The position numbers and the translations under genes are program-made. Source: an uncultured Pirellula sp. (lineage in GTDB: Bacteria; Planctomycetota; Planctomycetia; Pirellulales; Pirellulaceae). Taken from it: a DNA stretch of 64,000 nucleotides. Under the pieces are notes generated by a model. That model had not been told where the DNA came from. It searched no databases and saw only the letters and a program-made list of their open reading frames with translations. The DNA is taken from the NCBI GenBank assembly GCA_903858115.1, contig CAIOHR010000268.1, positions 684 to 64,683 of the forward strand. The letters run 5' to 3'. Position 1 is the stretch's first letter. Every line of letters starts with the position of its first letter. Positions 50,871-61,200 of the stretch are shown here, one piece after another.

Positions 50871-52340
50871 ATGATGAAAAGACCAATCCAAACTGCATTC
50901 GCCCTCTTTTGTGGGGTTCTTCTGGGCGCCGACACTGTTGTTCTCAGCACAAAAACGGTACTAGCCCAACCCCCAGGTTTTGGCGGCGGCCCACCCTTTG
51001 GAGGCTTCGGTGGTGGTCCTCCTTCCTTTGGCGGTGGGTTTGGGGGCCGAGAAGGTGGGTTTGGGGGCCGAGAAGGTGGGTTTGGCAGTCGCGATGGAGG
51101 CAGTCGCGATGGAGGCAGCCGTGAAGGTGGCAGTCGCGAAGGGGGGTTCGGAGGATTCGACCCATCGATGTTCCTCGGCCGGATGGACCGGAACGGCAAC
51201 GGGATGCTCGATCTCGACGAGATGGAGGGGCCCGCTCGCTTTATGATAGAACGGATGGCACGTGGCAATCCGAGCATCGACATGTCAAAGCCTATTCCAC
51301 TCTCGAAAATCACAGAGGCGTTTCAGGCGATGCGGAACGGAGGTAGTTCTTCCTTTTCGTCATCGTCCTCAGATGAGTCGATGAGCGAATCGACTACGCT
51401 CGTACCTGGATTCGGTATCAAAAAAGAAAAGGTACCAGTGCCTGGCTTTGGATCGAACACGAATGCCGTGAACATTCGTGTAGAAGATCAAGACATTCGC
51501 GATGCAGATGATCGAATGGGTCGGTATGACACCAACCGGGACGGAGTATTGGATGCGACCGAAGTGACCAATAGCCGTATGACCGACGCGATGGAGTATG
51601 ATCGAAACGGCGATGGCAAAGTCACTCGAGACGAGCTTGCTGTTCGATATGCCAAGCGTCGACAATCTTACAGTCAAAGCAGTCAATCGAGTCAAGATAA
51701 TTCACGACGAGACAGCCGCGATAATCGCAGTCGCGACTCCAAAGACAAAGATAAGGAAAGCAAGGAAATTCCCAACCCTTTCGAAAAGATCTTTAGCTAT
51801 CGACTCACGGACAAAGACGGAAAATTGAAACGTCCCGCAGGCTTACCAGAATGGTTCGCGCGACGAGACATCAATGTCGATAACCAAGTTTCGATGGACG
51901 AGTATTCCAGCAAATGGAATTCGGAGGTCATTGATGAATTCGCAAAAGCAGATGCGAACCTTGATGGCTTTATTACGGCAAAGGAATGTCTCGCGGCTGT
52001 CAAGAAAGGGTTCATTCCAGGCTCAGGTGGTGGTTCGTCGAGTGCAGCTCCCAGCAGTGTGTCCACAGATACCAGGTCTTCTTCTACTGCCGGCACATCC
52101 ACCGGCACGAGTAGCTCAGCCGCCGCAGCCCCGAAAGCACCTGTTGCTGGGGGCGTTGATCCCAAGATGGTCGCTTGGATGGAGGGTCGTATGAAAAAAT
52201 ACGACAAGAACTCGGATAACAAATTGGATGTAGGCGAGTTCAAAGCCTATGATGCAAACGGCGATTTCGGGGCTGTCGATCAAAACAAAGATGGATTAGC
52301 CGACGTTACCGAATTGGTTCTTGCTCGGCAAAAGAAGTAA
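50871..52340 (+). CDS. Secreted EF-hand domain protein with Gly-rich repeats
   Basis: Signal peptide; EF-hand loops DRNGNGMLDLDE, DTNRDGVLDATE, DRNGDGKVTRDE, DANLDGFITAKE, DKNSDNKLDVGE, DQNKDGLADVTE. Confidence 0.88.
   Translation: MMKRPIQTAFALFCGVLLGADTVVLSTKTVLAQPPGFGGGPPFGGFGGGPPSFGGGFGGREGGFGGREGGFGSRDGGSRDGGSREGGSREGGFGGFDPSMFLGRMDRNGNGMLDLDEMEGPARFMIERMARGNPSIDMSKPIPLSKITEAFQAMRNGGSSSFSSSSSDESMSESTTLVPGFGIKKEKVPVPGFGSNTNAVNIRVEDQDIRDADDRMGRYDTNRDGVLDATEVTNSRMTDAMEYDRNGDGKVTRDELAVRYAKRRQSYSQSSQSSQDNSRRDSRDNRSRDSKDKDKESKEIPNPFEKIFSYRLTDKDGKLKRPAGLPEWFARRDINVDNQVSMDEYSSKWNSEVIDEFAKADANLDGFITAKECLAAVKKGFIPGSGGGSSSAAPSSVSTDTRSSSTAGTSTGTSSSAAAAPKAPVAGGVDPKMVAWMEGRMKKYDKNSDNKLDVGEFKAYDANGDFGAVDQNKDGLADVTELVLARQKK
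51033..51143. repeat. Coding tandem repeats (21-bp x2, 15-bp x4) giving GGFGGRE and GSR(D/E)G units
   Basis: GGTGGGTTTGGGGGCCGAGAA at 51033 and 51054; GGCAGTCGCGATGGA-type units at 51084-51143. Confidence 0.9.
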
Positions 52341-52358
52341 ACCGATTCTTAGTGACGC

Positions 52359-53009
52359 ATGAAGCGAGAACAGCGAGCTGAAATTGTACTAAAGCGACTC
52401 GGCGAGTTATATCCCGAGACGCCGATCCCGCTCGATCATGGTGACACGTATACGCTCTTGGTCGCGGTGCTCCTCAGCGCTCAGTGCACTGACAAAATGG
52501 TTAACCGAGTCACGCCCAGTCTCTGGAAATTGGCCGACAATCCTTACGACATGAGCAAGCAAAAGGTGGATGATATTCGTGCGATCATCCAGCCATGCGG
52601 ATTGAGTCCTCAAAAGTCGAAAGCAATCCTTGAGCTTTCAAAGATCCTCGTGACGAAGCACGATGGCAAAGTTCCTGAATCGTTTGAGCACCTAGAAGAA
52701 CTACCAGGCGTCGGCCACAAGACAGCGTCAGTTGTCATGAGTCAGGGATTTGGGCATCCAGCATTTCCGGTCGATACACACATTCATCGTTTGGCGCAAC
52801 GCTGGGGGTTAACCAATGGTCGAAGCGTGGAACAAACCGAGCGAGATCTGAAGAAACTTTTCCCAGAAGCCAGTTGGAATCAACTTCATCTTCAGATAAT
52901 CTTCTACGGCCGTGAACACTGTACTGCGCGCGGTTGCGACGGAATGATGTGCGGAATCTGTCGCGAGCTTTATCCCAAGCGACGCACTCCCGTAATCACC
53001 AAGAAATGA
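52359..53009 (+). CDS. nth: Endonuclease III
   Basis: LLSAQCTD, HhH LPGVGHKTA, PVDTHIHR, C-terminal Cys cluster. Confidence 0.95.
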   Translation: MKREQRAEIVLKRLGELYPETPIPLDHGDTYTLLVAVLLSAQCTDKMVNRVTPSLWKLADNPYDMSKQKVDDIRAIIQPCGLSPQKSKAILELSKILVTKHDGKVPESFEHLEELPGVGHKTASVVMSQGFGHPAFPVDTHIHRLAQRWGLTNGRSVEQTERDLKKLFPEASWNQLHLQIIFYGREHCTARGCDGMMCGICRELYPKRRTPVITKK

Positions 53010-53764
53010 CCGTTGGATTATCCAAACCACGATGGTTGCAAAAGATACGCCCGTACGCGGACATCTTCTTTCCTCGTGTCTGCTTGCTTTGCAATCGTGT
53101 TCTCGTCAACGAGATAAACGAGTCTATCTGCATGGGTTGTTTGGATGAATTGGTACCAGACAAGAACGTTTGCCAGAAGTGTTCTGCACCTGTTCCATTG
53201 TCCGTTGCCGAAAACCCGAAGAAATGCAGGCTTTGCAAAAGCGACTGGATGTTCAACCGGTCTTACAGCATGTGTACGTATCGATCCTCGGCAGCCAAGG
53301 CGGCTCGAAGAATGAAGTCGATCAAGCACGAGTCGTTGACTGCGGAGATTGGACAGAAGATGGGAATCTGGTTCGCCGAATCTTCAGAGGGGCGACCATC
53401 CTATGACGCGATCGTTCCCATCCCGCAATACTGGATACGCAAATGGGCAACAAAGTACAACCAAGCGGCAGTTCTGGCGGAAATGGTCTCTAGGGTTACA
53501 AGAATTCCGATAGAGAGTCGATGGCTCTATCGATGCAAATGGACAGAGAAGCAAGGGACGAAAACGATCGAAGAACGGCTGGTGACGGCTCGAGATTCGT
53601 TCGCTGTTTCGAAACCGAAAGCAGTGCAGGGAAAAACTATTTTGTTGCTGGATGACATTCTCACCAGCGGAGCTACCGCGAGCGATGCGGCTCGTGCCCT
53701 CCGAAGCGCTGGGGCAGTACGAGTGGATATTCTCGTTTTTGCTCGCGGCGCAAATGCGACTTAA
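53006..53764 (+). CDS. ComF-family protein (double zinc ribbon + phosphoribosyltransferase-like)
   Basis: Four CxxC pairs, YNQA, LLLDDILTSGAT; ATGA overlap with the nth stop. Confidence 0.9.
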   Translation: MTVGLSKPRWLQKIRPYADIFFPRVCLLCNRVLVNEINESICMGCLDELVPDKNVCQKCSAPVPLSVAENPKKCRLCKSDWMFNRSYSMCTYRSSAAKAARRMKSIKHESLTAEIGQKMGIWFAESSEGRPSYDAIVPIPQYWIRKWATKYNQAAVLAEMVSRVTRIPIESRWLYRCKWTEKQGTKTIEERLVTARDSFAVSKPKAVQGKTILLLDDILTSGATASDAARALRSAGAVRVDILVFARGANAT

Positions 53765-53827
53765 GGACGCAGGACCGCCTTTAGAAGTTTTTTACGCGAA
53801 ATAAAGCGCAAAAAAATCAATCCATCG

Positions 53828-53856
53828 TTGAACGACTGTTTAAGTCCGGCTAATCT
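53828..53856 (+). promoter_or_regulatory. Candidate sigma70 promoter of hppA
   Basis: TTGAAC, 17 bp spacer, TAATCT. Confidence 0.4.
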
Positions 53857-54009
53857 TACCGTATCCGCTAGGTTGATCAATCAAGGATCACCTACACCAC
53901 TTGGGGGGAAAGCTAAACTTCGTCTCAACAACCTCGATTTCGCGAGCTTTCTGGTAGCACCTGGAAAGCACAGATCTTTGATACCGTTACACGTAACCAA
54001 GAGTTAAGC

Positions 54010-56178
54010 ATGGGCCAAATTATCACTTATATCATCCCCCTCGCAGGGGTAGCAGCATTGTTTTTGATGTTCTACAAGGCGAAGTGGGTTAGCGAACAAG
54101 ATTCGGGTACGGATCGGATGCGGAGGATCAGCGAAACTGTTTCGGCAGGAGCAATGGCCTTTTTGAAAGCTGAGTACCGAGTCCTGACGATTTTTGTATT
54201 CATCGTTGCGGTATTACTTGGCTATATGGGAAGCCAATCCAGCGAATCTTCTGCACTGCTTGGAGTCGCGTTTACTGTGGGTGCTTTTTGTTCTGGTCTT
54301 GCCGGGTTTTTCGGAATGCGCGTTGCCACAAAGGCAAATGTGAGAACTGCCAATGCCGCGAGAACCAGCCTAGGAGAAGCACTGAACGTCGCATTCACAG
54401 GCGGATCCGTAATGGGATTGGCCGTCGTAGGGCTAGGGGTTCTCGGGCTGAGTGTCCTGTTCATTATCTTCTCGAAACTTGAGGGCTGGGATACCAATAG
54501 AGTCCTGACGGTCGTGACTGGATTCTCCTTTGGCGCATCCTCTATCGCTTTATTTGCACGGGTTGGAGGCGGGATCTACACCAAAGCGGCCGACGTAGGT
54601 GCAGATCTCGTCGGTAAAGTGGAAGCCGGTATTCCCGAGGACCATCCTCTTAATCCTGCGACGATAGCTGATAATGTTGGAGACAACGTAGGCGACGTGG
54701 CAGGAATGGGTGCTGATCTTTTTGAATCTTACGTAGGCGCGATTGTTGGAGCGATGGTTCTGGGTGCACTTTTCATTGGAACGCCCGGTTTTGAAACGGA
54801 CAACACCTTTGCTGGCCTGAATGCTGTGTTGTTGCCATTGATATTGTCCGCTGTTGGAATTTTGACATCCATTTTCGGTATGCGGTTCGTCCAAGTTGGG
54901 GACGGCGGTGACCCGCACCGCGCTCTCAACAAAGGAGAATTGGTTTCTGCAGGAGCAATGTTGGTCGCGACCTTTGCACTCTCCAAGTTGATGTTACCGA
55001 ATGAATTAGTGATCGATGGCGAAACCTATTCGTCGTTGGGGGTGTTCTTTGCCGTGATTTTTGGTTTGGTAGCAGGATTGGCCATCGGTTACGTCACAGA
55101 GATTTATACTGGCACTGGTACGAAAGCAGTCCGAGGGGTCGTGAGTCAATCGATCACCGGTAGTGCCACCAATATCATTGCCGGGTTGGGAGTGGGAATG
55201 CAATCGACTGCAATTCCAACTCTGATATTGGCAGCGGCAATCGTTGGTGCTTATGAGTGCGCAGGTCTCTACGGGATCGCCATCGCGGCGGTCGGCATGT
55301 TGTGCAATACGGGAATCCAGTTGGCGATCGATGCCTTCGGACCGATTTCCGATAATGCTGGTGGCATCGCGGAGATGAGTGGGCTGCCAAAAGAAGTACG
55401 AGAGCGAACGGACAAGCTGGATGCAGTAGGCAATACGACAGCCGCTATTGGAAAGGGCTTTGCCATCGGATCGGCAGCTCTGACCGCGATCTCGCTGTTT
55501 GCGGCATATATGTCCAAAGCTGGTATCGACTCGATCAATGTGGCGCAACCGCATGTAACAGCAGGGCTTCTGATCGGCGGAATGCTACCCTTCCTTTTCT
55601 CTGCAATGGCCATGGGTGCTGTTGGACGGGCTGCTATGGATATGATCCAGGAAGTTCGTCGGCAGTTTGCAACCATTCCTGAATTGAAGGCGGCTCTAGC
55701 GGTACTTCGAAAGAACGATGGCAAAGCGATGACCGAATGGACCCAAGAAGATCAAGACATTTTCAATGCTGCAGACGGTAAGCCCGAATACGGTAAGTGT
55801 GTCGAAATCTCGACCAAGGCTTCGATTCGCGAAATGGTTTTGCCGGGATTACTCGCGATCGTAGCGCCTGTAGCCGTTGGATTTGGAGGCGGAGCAGAGA
55901 TGTTAGGCGGCCTCTTAGCTGGCGTCACGGTAACAGGTGTTTTGTTGGCTTTGTTTCAATCCAATGCAGGTGGAGCTTGGGACAACGCTAAGAAAATGCT
56001 CGAAGAGGGGGTCGTCATCGATGGAGTCACCCATAAGAAAGGTTCGGATGCACACAAGGCAGCAATCGTTGGTGACACAGTCGGCGATCCATTCAAAGAT
56101 ACTTCAGGGCCATCATTGAACATTCTGTTAAAGCTGATGTCGGTGGTTGCGCTGGTGATAGCAACCATGCTGAAATAG
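54010..56178 (+). CDS. hppA: Membrane-integral pyrophosphatase, K+-dependent type (probably Na+-translocating)
   Basis: [43 protein letters not shown]; GNTTAA has Ala at the K+-dependence site. Confidence 0.96.
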   Translation: MGQIITYIIPLAGVAALFLMFYKAKWVSEQDSGTDRMRRISETVSAGAMAFLKAEYRVLTIFVFIVAVLLGYMGSQSSESSALLGVAFTVGAFCSGLAGFFGMRVATKANVRTANAARTSLGEALNVAFTGGSVMGLAVVGLGVLGLSVLFIIFSKLEGWDTNRVLTVVTGFSFGASSIALFARVGGGIYTKAADVGADLVGKVEAGIPEDHPLNPATIADNVGDNVGDVAGMGADLFESYVGAIVGAMVLGALFIGTPGFETDNTFAGLNAVLLPLILSAVGILTSIFGMRFVQVGDGGDPHRALNKGELVSAGAMLVATFALSKLMLPNELVIDGETYSSLGVFFAVIFGLVAGLAIGYVTEIYTGTGTKAVRGVVSQSITGSATNIIAGLGVGMQSTAIPTLILAAAIVGAYECAGLYGIAIAAVGMLCNTGIQLAIDAFGPISDNAGGIAEMSGLPKEVRERTDKLDAVGNTTAAIGKGFAIGSAALTAISLFAAYMSKAGIDSINVAQPHVTAGLLIGGMLPFLFSAMAMGAVGRAAMDMIQEVRRQFATIPELKAALAVLRKNDGKAMTEWTQEDQDIFNAADGKPEYGKCVEISTKASIREMVLPGLLAIVAPVAVGFGGGAEMLGGLLAGVTVTGVLLALFQSNAGGAWDNAKKMLEEGVVIDGVTHKKGSDAHKAAIVGDTVGDPFKDTSGPSLNILLKLMSVVALVIATMLK

Positions 56179-56201
56179 CTTTTTAGTAATATTCTATTGC
56201 T

Positions 56202-56232
56202 AGTAGCCTCTCGATAGAGAAGGCTACTTTTT
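56202..56232 (+). terminator. Intrinsic terminator after hppA
   Basis: AGTAGCCTCTC-GATA-GAGAAGGCTACT hairpin followed by TTTT; overlaps the stop of the convergent gene. Confidence 0.7.
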
Positions 56233-57570
56233 GGAGGCATCGAGTGATGCACGAACGAGTCGTTTGTCGTTGCGAGCAAAGACACTCTTTTCGGCAAAGG
56301 CAGGATGAGACCAGCAGACACCTCCGCGTTGTCCTAGCTGGTCGCGGGTCGGTTCGATCAACGGACATCGATCGACGATGGTCAAACCTGTCGGAGAGAG
56401 CTTCGCCAGGAGCAATTCGCCTCGTTCGTTGAACATCCATACTCGATCGGCTTGCCGGACCATATGGATCGTCGCCCATCGAGCGCGCGGCACAGCAGTG
56501 AGATCTTCCCAAATCCGTTCACCGGTTTTTGCATTGAGACAACGAAATTGTCCGTAGCTATCGGCCCCATAGATGTATCCTTGCTGAGATATGCAACAAC
56601 CGATCATGGCGTGTAGCGATTTGGTTTGTTGTTCATCTGGCCCGACAGCTCGCCAAAGGACCTCCGAGGTTAGTGATTCTTTTGGAGTACGAATCATCAG
56701 CGAACCGTCATAAAAAGACGAAACAAAAACAGTTTCGCCATCTACGATTGGGTCCCCGATTCCGATTGGCATTCGGGATGGTGGGAAAGGATGTCCCCAG
56801 TAGACATTTCCAGTCGCAGGGTCTAAACCCGACAAACTATCGCCGGTCCAGCAAACCAATACATCCTTTCCAGATTGTTGAATGAGGACTGGTGATGAGT
56901 ATCCCGCTCGATCCTTCAGGGACCTCCACACTTCTCGTCCCGACAATTTATCAAAAGCCACCATGCAGGCACCTGCGTCTCCGGATACTTGTTGGATAAC
57001 AAGGTCTTTGTAGATCAAGGGAGAGCCGGCAATGCCCCAAATCGGCATTCGAATGTCGTACTTCTCAAGCAAGTTGTGGTGCCAGAGCACTTCACCCGTC
57101 GATGCGTTTAGGCAATGAAAGTGTCCCATTGCACCAACGCAGTAGGCTTTTCCGTTGTCGATCGTCACACTAGCGCGAGGGCCTGCCGTGTAGCTGATCT
57201 TGTAGTCCGCTTGGTATTCGTGGGTCCATAAAGACTTGCCTGTAGATGAGTCGAAACAGAGTACTCGCTCGGTCGCGTCTCGATCCTTGGGTTGTCGGTC
57301 CATCACATAGACTCTGCCACCGGCAACGCTAGGACCGGTATAGCCAGGTCCAATCTCTACCGACCACTCGAGAGGCAACTGTCCGTCTGGAAGCTCATTT
57401 ACAAGGCCGGTTTCGTTCCAGATTCCATCTCTATTCGGGCCTCGCCATTGAGGCCAATCGTCTGCCGTTGCCAGACCGAATGGTATGACTGAGAAAATGG
57501 ATGACAGCAGAAGGGATCGAAGTGGCTTCATGGTTTTGCCTGGGCCTTGCGGATGCGAAATCAAAGACAT
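56224..57570 (-). CDS. PQQ-binding-like beta-propeller protein (BamB-like, planctomycete-expanded family)
   Basis: Signal peptide then DDWPQWRGPNRDG; repeated TGxxLW blades; C-terminal WSHPAF...RND. Confidence 0.9.
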   Translation of the reverse strand: MSLISHPQGPGKTMKPLRSLLLSSIFSVIPFGLATADDWPQWRGPNRDGIWNETGLVNELPDGQLPLEWSVEIGPGYTGPSVAGGRVYVMDRQPKDRDATERVLCFDSSTGKSLWTHEYQADYKISYTAGPRASVTIDNGKAYCVGAMGHFHCLNASTGEVLWHHNLLEKYDIRMPIWGIAGSPLIYKDLVIQQVSGDAGACMVAFDKLSGREVWRSLKDRAGYSSPVLIQQSGKDVLVCWTGDSLSGLDPATGNVYWGHPFPPSRMPIGIGDPIVDGETVFVSSFYDGSLMIRTPKESLTSEVLWRAVGPDEQQTKSLHAMIGCCISQQGYIYGADSYGQFRCLNAKTGERIWEDLTAVPRARWATIHMVRQADRVWMFNERGELLLAKLSPTGLTIVDRCPLIEPTRDQLGQRGGVCWSHPAFAEKSVFARNDKRLVRASLDASKK

Positions 57571-57901
57571 CTCAGTTTAGCCCTTCCGGACATGACCGGA
57601 TACATACATTTGTTCAAGTTAGCCACTCGCGCGGCAGTTTAGTGACCGATGGTAGTGCGTTGGTTATGTCATTGTTTATCAACATCACATCTTTACTTCC
57701 AACTTCTTGAATGCACCCTGAACTCCTGCTGCTCTCAGCCGAGTTTGCGACATTCATTTCAATCGTCCTCGGTCGGTGGCATTACTACATGGAGTTTCAT
57801 GATGTCTATCCTCGTCCGCTTCGAACAAGATCTCCGACTTAACAGCTGCGGCGAGCGAATGCAAAAAATCTAGGTCCGCTCACGCGCTCAACGCGGTTCA
57901 G

Positions 57902-58166
57902 TTCCTGTCGCCCCTCCAGGGCGGCTGCTGGACTTGAGCCCGGGAGGGGCGGAATGGAATAGCCAGGGGTGCTAACGTGCCAACCCCGGGTCAGCTAGTG
58001 AAGACCCCCTCAAGCCCCGAAGAGACTGCTGATTTAGAGAGCCGTTGGGCGCTAGCCCGGTTTAGTGGCTTCGCCACAGCCGACAACCGGGGCTAGCGCC
58101 CGACGGCTCAACCAATAACCAACAAGCCGGGCCTAAATCAGCAGCCTCCTGAAGGGGCGACAGGAA
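57902..58166. repeat. Nested REP/MITE-like composite palindrome
   Basis: Outer IR 57902-57920 / 58148-58166; middle IR CTGCTGATTTAG 58026-58037 / 58133-58144; inner IR 58039-58060 / 58087-58109. Confidence 0.85.
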
Positions 58167-58257
58167 ACCTCCTTAACAGTAGATCGGGCAATCCCCCGCA
58201 GTCCAGCACGCATCCGTCCCTAGAACAAGCACTAGGAACGTAAACAATTACCTACTA

Positions 58258-58617
58258 TCAATCGAGCTTGAGTTCGATCGAGCCTGCTTCCTTGACATCA
58301 AACGTTCGGTCCATCGCCCCGGCGTGGTATTTGGCAGGAATAGCGTTAAAGGCTGCAGGGGTTTTTCCTTCAGCGACAAAGTAGGTGTATGTACCAGGAA
58401 TCACTGATAGTTTTAACTTACCTTGAGCAACTGGCCCTTGGACCTGCCCTCCCACTTCACCTACGGAAAGGAGAGTCAACGACACGTCGTTCACGGGCTT
58501 ACCACCGGCCGTCACGGAGAATGTCACTTCAACGGGGTCTGGCTTTGGAACTACCTTGACTCCGCCACAACCCACCAAGAAAACCAAACCTAATAGAGTG
58601 CAATACTTTGCGAACAT
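58258..58617 (-). CDS. Small lipoprotein typical of DUF1559 partner genes
   Basis: Lipobox FLVGC; GGKPV, PGTYT, IPAKY motifs; ATG at 58617 (track 58635). Confidence 0.85.
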   Translation of the reverse strand: MFAKYCTLLGLVFLVGCGGVKVVPKPDPVEVTFSVTAGGKPVNDVSLTLLSVGEVGGQVQGPVAQGKLKLSVIPGTYTYFVAEGKTPAAFNAIPAKYHAGAMDRTFDVKEAGSIELKLD

Positions 58618-58646
58618 GGATTGATCCGACGACAATTAGAGAGAGT

Positions 58647-58682
58647 AAAAAAATAAGCGGGACTGCATCGCAGCCCCGCTTT
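58647..58682 (-). terminator. Terminator-like hairpin between the DUF1559 gene and its lipoprotein partner
   Basis: Minus strand AAGCGGGGCTGC-GAT-GCAGTCCCGCTT followed by ATTTTTTT. Confidence 0.75.
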
Positions 58683-58702
58683 ACTATTTTTTCGGGAGAC
58701 AA

Positions 58703-59827
58703 TTATTGGTCGTTTGCAACAACCAAACCATCTTGCGAAGCTGCCAAAGACTTGAGAGTCCGCCAATCGGTCGAGTCACTCATGAATCGAACAGATCCGT
58801 CACCCATGGTTGCGTTGACACCGCCGGTGTGGAAACTGAAAGGCTCATCATTAGGACCGCAGTTGTTGTTGGCCCATCTGCAAGTTGTAGGACCACCCAT
58901 TGGTGACTTATTTTGGTTGATTGCGACAACACGTGACGCAGGGGCAAGAGCATTGCTCGGACCGGAAAGACCGTTCGTACCTGAGTCTGGATCAGCCCAT
59001 GCATACATTCGGCGACCACCGGTGGTTCCACCTGACCAAGCGACAGAGTCAGCAGGAATGAGCGAAGGACGTGTTGATAACGAGCCAAAAGTGCCCACAT
59101 TTGGGTGAGCACGACCAGCATCTTCGATGCACAAAATGGTGTTGCTCGTACCGTCAGATACAGCTCCGAATCCCCAACCTCTCTCGCAAGAGAGCATCCC
59201 TTGACGTGTCATCGCAGTCCGGCGAGCAGCAGCCAAAGGGCGAGTTCCCTGAGGATCTGTCATTCCAGCTTCTTCTTCAACATCCGATACAGAGATGAAC
59301 ATGTAATCCCATCCGCCGTATCCATCCGGAGCTCGAGCTGCACCGGAAATCGGCGAGCTTGGGCATTGGAAACTTGGAATTTGTGTCTTGGATGCAAGTA
59401 CTGTATTTGGGAAAGCTGGATCGTGGTACGTTGCACCTTGAGCACGTGCATGCAATGCCGAGACGGTGTAACCCGCTGTCACCATTTGAGCGCGAGTCAT
59501 GGTGTGATCCATCAAGTTATAGACGTTATTTTGCTCAATATAAGGAAGCATGAGCGTTGGAGTGGACTGAGTCATGTAGACGGTGCTCGCACCACCCGTG
59601 CTGTCGCACTGACCAGGGTGAGGGAGGGCCCTGTTGCCACTCTCGAAATTATGAACAGCCAAACCAATTTGTTTGAGGTTGTTGGAGCACTGCATACGAC
59701 GTGCTGCTTCCCGTGCTGCTTGCACAGCTGGCAAAAGCAATCCAACCAAGATGCCGATGATAGCAATAACTACCAGCAATTCTACAAGCGTGAATCCGGG
59801 GCGTTTCGCCCACAATCTGCGTTTCAT
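58703..59827 (-). CDS. DUF1559 prepilin-type N-terminal cleavage/methylation domain protein
   Basis: [43 protein letters not shown]; H-X9-DG motif [12 protein letters not shown]. Confidence 0.96.
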   Translation of the reverse strand: MKRRLWAKRPGFTLVELLVVIAIIGILVGLLLPAVQAAREAARRMQCSNNLKQIGLAVHNFESGNRALPHPGQCDSTGGASTVYMTQSTPTLMLPYIEQNNVYNLMDHTMTRAQMVTAGYTVSALHARAQGATYHDPAFPNTVLASKTQIPSFQCPSSPISGAARAPDGYGGWDYMFISVSDVEEEAGMTDPQGTRPLAAARRTAMTRQGMLSCERGWGFGAVSDGTSNTILCIEDAGRAHPNVGTFGSLSTRPSLIPADSVAWSGGTTGGRRMYAWADPDSGTNGLSGPSNALAPASRVVAINQNKSPMGGPTTCRWANNNCGPNDEPFSFHTGGVNATMGDGSVRFMSDSTDWRTLKSLAASQDGLVVANDQ

Positions 59828-60099
59828 CAATCTCAACCCTAGAATAGAACTACAAGTGAATCGACCGAAATTGGTCTTTCATTCGCAGGGATTATGGATG
59901 GGGTGGTTGAGGTTGGTAAGGCTCAAAAACGTTTATTAACAGAAGCTTCATATTTCCTAAACAAAAGCGTAACGCCATGACAACATTGATTAAGTGCGAC
60001 CCCGAGTTGCTAATGAATTTTGCATGGAGTTAATGACGGCCGGGGCTCAGGACTGTGGTCGACTATGGTGTCAACCTACTTCGACTTTTGTCGGCAGTG

Positions 60100-60420
60100 T
60101 CAAGCGGCAGATGCCCTATGCAGGCCTGCGCTATCCGAATTCTTACTGGGAAACTTGTTGGACATAAAGAGGCGTTCCCACCATCTAGCTTTGCGGAGGC
60201 GACGATCGTTGGAGGAGACGACATGAGACTTTCCTTTGCGAGTCTCTAGGACCAGTTCGTCGCCGTTCACCTGTCGAACAATCCAATATTTGTCTACCTC
60301 GTAGGAATAGAGTTCACCGTACGGGGATGGGGCGATGTTCTTCGCCCGAGGTCCAGGAGAAAGGCTATGTTTTTCTCGGGTGTAGATAACCCAATCATTC
60401 GGTTGAAACGAACTGGTCAT
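60100..60420 (-). CDS. Hypothetical protein
   Basis: 106 aa protein-like ORF (FQPNDWVIY...SPGPRA...YEVDKYWIV...WWERL) filling an intergenic gap. Confidence 0.75.
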   Translation of the reverse strand: MTSSFQPNDWVIYTREKHSLSPGPRAKNIAPSPYGELYSYEVDKYWIVRQVNGDELVLETRKGKSHVVSSNDRRLRKARWWERLFMSNKFPSKNSDSAGLHRASAA

Positions 60421-60705
60421 GTGGACGTTCCCGCTCTGTCAAATGCTTGCAATTTACGTCGCTTAGCGAAACCACTCCTGTAGGAGGCTTTTTTCAACGC
60501 GATTGTCTCAAACAGGACTGTAGTTGGTAGGTACAAGCCCGTTGCTTATAGACGAAGCAGGCTGTTACTTGCCAGACACTGCCAAAAAAACCGCATCCAT
60601 GTATTCTTTCTTCCTAGCGGAATAGAATCCAGGTCAGCATGAGCGGAATCTGGGGAATTGTTGATAATAGTGCGGATTTTCCGCTTCAGAAGGGATGTCT
60701 AGTTT

Positions 60706-61200
60706 ATGGCGATTGAACCCCTTAGTGTCCAGTTCGTGTGCCTTGGCAATATATGTCGTTCGCCAGCAGCACAAGGAGTAATGGAAAGTCTTATGGCGCG
60801 CGACCCGAGGTGGCAAGGTATCGTGGTCGACTCCGCCGGCACGGCAGGTTACCACATCGGTCGCGCCCCAGATTCCCGAATGATCGCAGCTGCAAAACTG
60901 CGGGGGTATGACCTTCAAAGCCGAGCAAAGCAGTTTGAGCGGACTTTTCTCCGCTCCCGGACTTTGGTCTTGGCGATGGACCGAGAAAACTATCGAGACA
61001 TTATGCTCTTGGCGACGGGACCGGCCCCGAATGTGCGGCTATTCAGCGACTATCTCGATGAATCGTGGCCTCGCGATGTCCCGGACCCTTACTACGGCGA
61101 GAGCCACGGATTCGAATACGTTTTGGAAATGCTGGAGGCTGGATGCCCCAAAATTCTGGAGGAAATCCTTCGTAAAAAAGAATCGTTGCGTCCTGATTGA
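60706..61200 (+). CDS. Low-molecular-weight protein-tyrosine phosphatase
   Basis: VCLGNICRS P-loop, DSAGT, DPYY. Confidence 0.95.
   Translation: MAIEPLSVQFVCLGNICRSPAAQGVMESLMARDPRWQGIVVDSAGTAGYHIGRAPDSRMIAAAKLRGYDLQSRAKQFERTFLRSRTLVLAMDRENYRDIMLLATGPAPNVRLFSDYLDESWPRDVPDPYYGESHGFEYVLEMLEAGCPKILEEILRKKESLRPD

Noticed and set aside
50687-51313. 208-aa Pro-rich minus-strand ORF abutting mutS
   Set aside because: Antisense shadow of the Gly-rich repeats in the EF-hand gene.
59105-59842. Long antisense ORFs, such as the 245-aa ORF opposite DUF1559 and others opposite GT4, der and the ABC ATPase
   Set aside because: Shadow frames of well-supported genes on the other strand.
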